Notes under the pieces: generated by a model
Databases searched by the model: none
What the model was told of the DNA's origin: nothing
The model's input: only the letters and a program-made list of their open reading frames with translations
Assembly (NCBI GenBank): GCA_964645535.1
Contig: CAZYCQ010000025.1
Location: 1 to 43,191, forward strand
DNA from: an uncultured archaeon
GTDB lineage: Archaea > Asgardarchaeota > Heimdallarchaeia > Heimdallarchaeales > Kariarchaeaceae
Reading direction: 5' to 3'
DNA: 43,191 nucleotides
Translations under genes and position numbers: made by a program
Shown: piece after piece, positions 40,165 through 43,191 of the stretch
How the letters are laid out: the number at the start of each line of letters is the position of its first letter
Position numbering within the stretch: the first letter of the stretch is position 1

Positions 40165-40977
40165 TCAATACCAATATTTGGAAGATCGATGCCTATAGTC
40201 TTCAACAATAATTTTGACGGCTTCATTTGCTACCTTAATTGCATTTTCCTCCCCCTTTACACCGAATTCCTTGCGGGGACGATTGGCATAGACTGCACTG
40301 ACTGCACCGATTTCCATTTGATAGAGTTTTCCCATTACAAAAAGTAAACTAGCCTCCATTTCAAAATTGACAACCCCCGCCCTTGTTAGATCATCAACAA
40401 GATGTTTCCGATGAGAAGGCAGGTACTCATTGTACCCAGGACGACCCTGTCCACAATAAAATGAAGAGGATGTAGCAGTAATTCCGACGTGGTAGGGAAT
40501 ATTCAATTCTTCCGCAGCCCTAATCAAGGCGCTGGTAACCATCCGTGATGCGATAGCAGGATATTCTTTCATGACATAATGATCACTTGTGTCTTCAAGT
40601 CGAACTGCCCCTTCAGAAATGACTACACTTCCTAACTCAATTTCCTCTTGAAGTGCCCCACATGACCCTACTCTGATAATGGTTTCAACACCCACATTTT
40701 TCAACTCGGCAAGGGCGATTTCACATGCAGAGGGCCCTATTCCAGAACTTGTAGCAGAAATCGGAACCCCCTTGTATTTTCCAGTATATGAAACATATTG
40801 TCGGTATTCTGCAATTTTTGCTGCTTCGTCCCAATGACTGGCAATTCTTTGAACTCTTTGTGGATCACCGGGAAGAAGAACCGAAGAGGCAAGATCACCA
40901 GGCTTGACCTTCAGATGATATTGAAGTCCTTCAGGAGATTCGACATTTTCTGAATTTTTTGCAATATGTTCTGACAT
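40165..40977 (-). CDS. udp: Uridine/nucleoside phosphorylase
   Basis: QYHL, LLPGDPQRV, GIGPS, IRVGSCGAL, FYCGQGR, NFEMEAS. Confidence 0.92.
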   Translation of the reverse strand: MSEHIAKNSENVESPEGLQYHLKVKPGDLASSVLLPGDPQRVQRIASHWDEAAKIAEYRQYVSYTGKYKGVPISATSSGIGPSACEIALAELKNVGVETIIRVGSCGALQEEIELGSVVISEGAVRLEDTSDHYVMKEYPAIASRMVTSALIRAAEELNIPYHVGITATSSSFYCGQGRPGYNEYLPSHRKHLVDDLTRAGVVNFEMEASLLFVMGKLYQMEIGAVSAVYANRPRKEFGVKGEENAIKVANEAVKIIVEDYRHRSSKYWY

Positions 40978-41110
40978 AAAAGAAGATCAGTGATTGGCAA
41001 AATAAAGATACCGATCTTCATTAGTTCAAATTTTAGAAATCTGATCAAACGTCTATACATCTACAGGACAGAATACTGTTTGTTCATACACATTTATTAA
41101 GGAGTATGCA

Positions 41111-41124
41111 TATGGTATACCATA
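41111..41124. promoter_or_regulatory. Perfect 14-bp palindrome, candidate RHH operator
   Basis: TATGGTATACCATA, overlapping TATGCATA (41105-41112), between a TATA-like TTTATTAA (41093-41100) and the RHH gene start. Confidence 0.55.
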
Positions 41125-41146
41125 AGAATGACTATCAGGTGTGAAC

Positions 41147-41794
41147 ATGCCTCGTAAGGAAAATAAACAGATTAGCTTCTATGTGACAGAAGAATTGCAT
41201 AAGCAAATCAAGGAACAGGCAATTCTTAGTGGAAAAACCATGAAACGGTATATTACAGACCTGCATAAAGAGAACCTTGCGAGAGAAAAACAGGAGGATT
41301 TGTGGGAAACGCACCTCCAATCTATCAATCTATTGATGGAAGAGGTTCGTGATCTCAAAAACCTCGTTGCTAACCAAACCAAGTTAATTCAGAAGCTCCT
41401 AGGTCAAAAAATTCAAGAACCTGTAGAAGTCGATAATGAACCGGTTGTTTCGCTCCATGATGTCATGGCAAGCGTCAAGCATCCTGAAGATGAGCAAGGA
41501 ACCCTTCACGACTTAGCTAAAGGGGGATTAGGGAAATTCATCTCAAAGGAGGCCACAAGTGAACCTGTCAAGGAAGATGAAAAAATCGACGAATTCACCC
41601 AATTGATTGAAGAGGCTCTGAATGAGTTGGGACAGACAGAAGTAAGCAATTTAGATTTAAGAATTAAAGATTCCAGTGGTAAAACCATTTCCGCAATCTC
41701 GAACAACCCTCCAAAACCAAACACTAAACCAATGGAAGACGTGTATACTGAAGAATTTACTCACCTATTGGAAGAAGCACTCAAAAACATTTAA
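41147..41794 (+). CDS. Ribbon-helix-helix protein with coiled coil and repeated acidic amphipathic helices
   Basis: KQISFYVTEELHKQIKEQA...TMKRYITDL (RHH); DEFTQLIEEALNEL and EEFTHLLEEALKNI repeats. Confidence 0.75.
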   Translation: MPRKENKQISFYVTEELHKQIKEQAILSGKTMKRYITDLHKENLAREKQEDLWETHLQSINLLMEEVRDLKNLVANQTKLIQKLLGQKIQEPVEVDNEPVVSLHDVMASVKHPEDEQGTLHDLAKGGLGKFISKEATSEPVKEDEKIDEFTQLIEEALNELGQTEVSNLDLRIKDSSGKTISAISNNPPKPNTKPMEDVYTEEFTHLLEEALKNI

Positions 41795-41855
41795 AGAACG
41801 TACATCTAGAATTGTTTTTTAACCCGTTTACCTACAGATATATCAGGGATATGTA

Positions 41856-42524
41856 ATGAGCAACAAGGAAAAGGAAGATGCATTCAAGCAGTTTGCAAAC
41901 AATCTCCTTAACATTGAAAAAGAGGCCAAGGAGAAAAAAGCGGCAAAATTGAAGGAAGGGATAGAGGAACTGGAAAATGAAAAAGATACAGCAGTCTTAA
42001 AGTCACGAACCATAAAAACAAGAATGAGCCAGATCCGTGAACAGGCAGGAATCTCGACATTTGTCGGAACAAGCGGAGAAATCAAATCACCTCGATTTAG
42101 GCGGGGTAAATTCCTTCAACTACTTGCACGAGAATTGCTTCTTATTGGAACAGAAGAACTACGAGAGGAAACTGGAGGTATTTGCTCAATTGAACGATTA
42201 GGCAACCATTTCAAAGAAACCCGTGAAAATTGGAAATTGAGAGAAGGGGACATCCAAGATGCAATTTCCATTCTTGTAAAGCAAAAACTCATCCCTGGGT
42301 TTGTAGATAATGAGAAAAAAATTGTTCAATTTATTCCCAAGGAATTGGATTCAGATGCAAATAAGCTTCTCATTGCTGCTTCAGGATTGTCAGAGACAAA
42401 TTTCAGTCAAATGCAAGCAACATTGGGGTGGTCAGAAGAGAGGCTGAAAAAGACGTTACATCAACTGGAAACACAAGGATTGGTTATAAAAGAGGGAGAA
42501 AACCTCTTCTTTCCAGGCCTTTGA
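41856..42524 (+). CDS. EAP30/Vps22-Vps36 (ESCRT-II)-like tandem winged-helix protein
   Basis: LARELL...TGGICSI...DIQDAISIL...VQFIPKELDSD...LGWSEER...L...GL...FFPGL aligns by eye with Vps22/SNF8 NGGLI...DLIRAI...QSVPAELNMD...LKWETER...YWLPAL. Confidence 0.82.
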   Translation: MSNKEKEDAFKQFANNLLNIEKEAKEKKAAKLKEGIEELENEKDTAVLKSRTIKTRMSQIREQAGISTFVGTSGEIKSPRFRRGKFLQLLARELLLIGTEELREETGGICSIERLGNHFKETRENWKLREGDIQDAISILVKQKLIPGFVDNEKKIVQFIPKELDSDANKLLIAASGLSETNFSQMQATLGWSEERLKKTLHQLETQGLVIKEGENLFFPGL

Positions 42525-42622
42525 CCCGTTACAGATTTTTGTTCATCAATGGCAGGTTTGCAAGTTAGGAATACTTAATAACATAGAAAGCTTATCTAAT
42601 ATCGTAAGAGTAAGGTGAAATT

Positions 42623-43191
42623 ATGTTTCCTGACGATCAACTGAATGCAATTCCACCTGAAGGCGTAAGTGTAGGCATGAAAGCGTTAATTCTGTTTGGA
42701 ATGATTGCAGTCATTTTAGCTGTTGTTTTTTCCAAGTTTTTCGTTGCCCGGGGCAGAAGCACAACAAATGGAACAAAAGGTGCGTCAGCTTTCAGTGTTG
42801 CCTCATCAATGACTTCCGTTCAAGATAGAGCGATAGCGTATCAAGCAGAAGAATCAGCAATCCAAGAAATGATGGACTTCCTTGCCGAGGCTAGGGAAAA
42901 TGATCTTATTTCATCCAGTGGTTTTGTCAAAGCTAAAAGGCTTTTACAGGCAGACCTTCTTCTTGTTGAACAATCTCTCGAGGAACTACAAAAGAATAGA
43001 AATGTACAGCTTTTGCAGGTTCAGAGAGAGGAAGAAGATTTTTCCGATTTGGAGGCAGATTTACAATCACGGCTAGCCCAAGATCCTTTTGTACCAACAA
43101 CGCAACCAACAAGAAGAAGCACTTTTAATGCACCATCAATTCAACAATCTCCACCGCCCTCTTCACCACCTGCTCAATCATCAATTCCTGC
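42623..43191 (+). CDS. Single-pass membrane protein with helical hairpin and Pro/Ser-rich region (runs off the window)
   Basis: Open frame from ATG 42623 (AGGTGA SD) to the edge: MFPDDQ...ALILFGMIAVILAVVFSKFFV...LAEARENDLISSSGFVKAKRLL...DLEADLQSRLAQ...QSPPPSSPPA. Not in the ORF track because no stop is inside the window. Confidence 0.85.
   Translation, partial: MFPDDQLNAIPPEGVSVGMKALILFGMIAVILAVVFSKFFVARGRSTTNGTKGASAFSVASSMTSVQDRAIAYQAEESAIQEMMDFLAEARENDLISSSGFVKAKRLLQADLLLVEQSLEELQKNRNVQLLQVQREEEDFSDLEADLQSRLAQDPFVPTTQPTRRSTFNAPSIQQSPPPSSPPAQSSIP

Noticed and set aside
40086-40226. N-terminal extension of the DUF885 ORF
   Set aside because: Overlaps the 3' end of udp; ATG 40085 fits better.
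42882-43076. 64-aa plus-strand ORF in the track
   Set aside because: Out-of-frame overlap with the longer open frame starting at 42623.

Overview
A gene-dense archaeal chromosome segment of about 41 CDS with several convergent 3' overlaps. The gene content points to an Asgard archaeon, plausibly Heimdallarchaeia (inference): eS26, aIF2-beta, Pelota, CDC48, TrmY, archaeal PPS, AMP phosphorylase, a very eukaryote-like Sec61alpha, Sec61beta, an EAP30/Vps22-36 ESCRT-II protein and V4R-fold proteins. I saw no rRNA, tRNA, CRISPR array, integrase or transposase. The strongest unusual signal is an intact 943-aa bacterial/plant-type PEP carboxylase homologue. It has lost its metal- and PEP-binding residues but keeps all four residues of the aspartate/malate allosteric site, and it lies in an apparent operon with a CoA-pathway enzyme; it is a candidate metabolite-sensing pseudoenzyme. 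Other leads: (1) a GlmU-like protein next to glmS with both active sites degenerate; (2) a triplicated 16-bp palindromic operator (TGTGCGAATTNGCACA) at a small wHTH regulator, with a half-site at its paralogue; (3) a divergent ParA/MinD plus RHH-RHH-wHTH pair; (4) an RHH / ESCRT-II / membrane-protein cluster at the right edge; (5) a structured-RNA candidate between cdc48 and aIF2-beta. All family calls are by-eye motif recognition; no searches were run.
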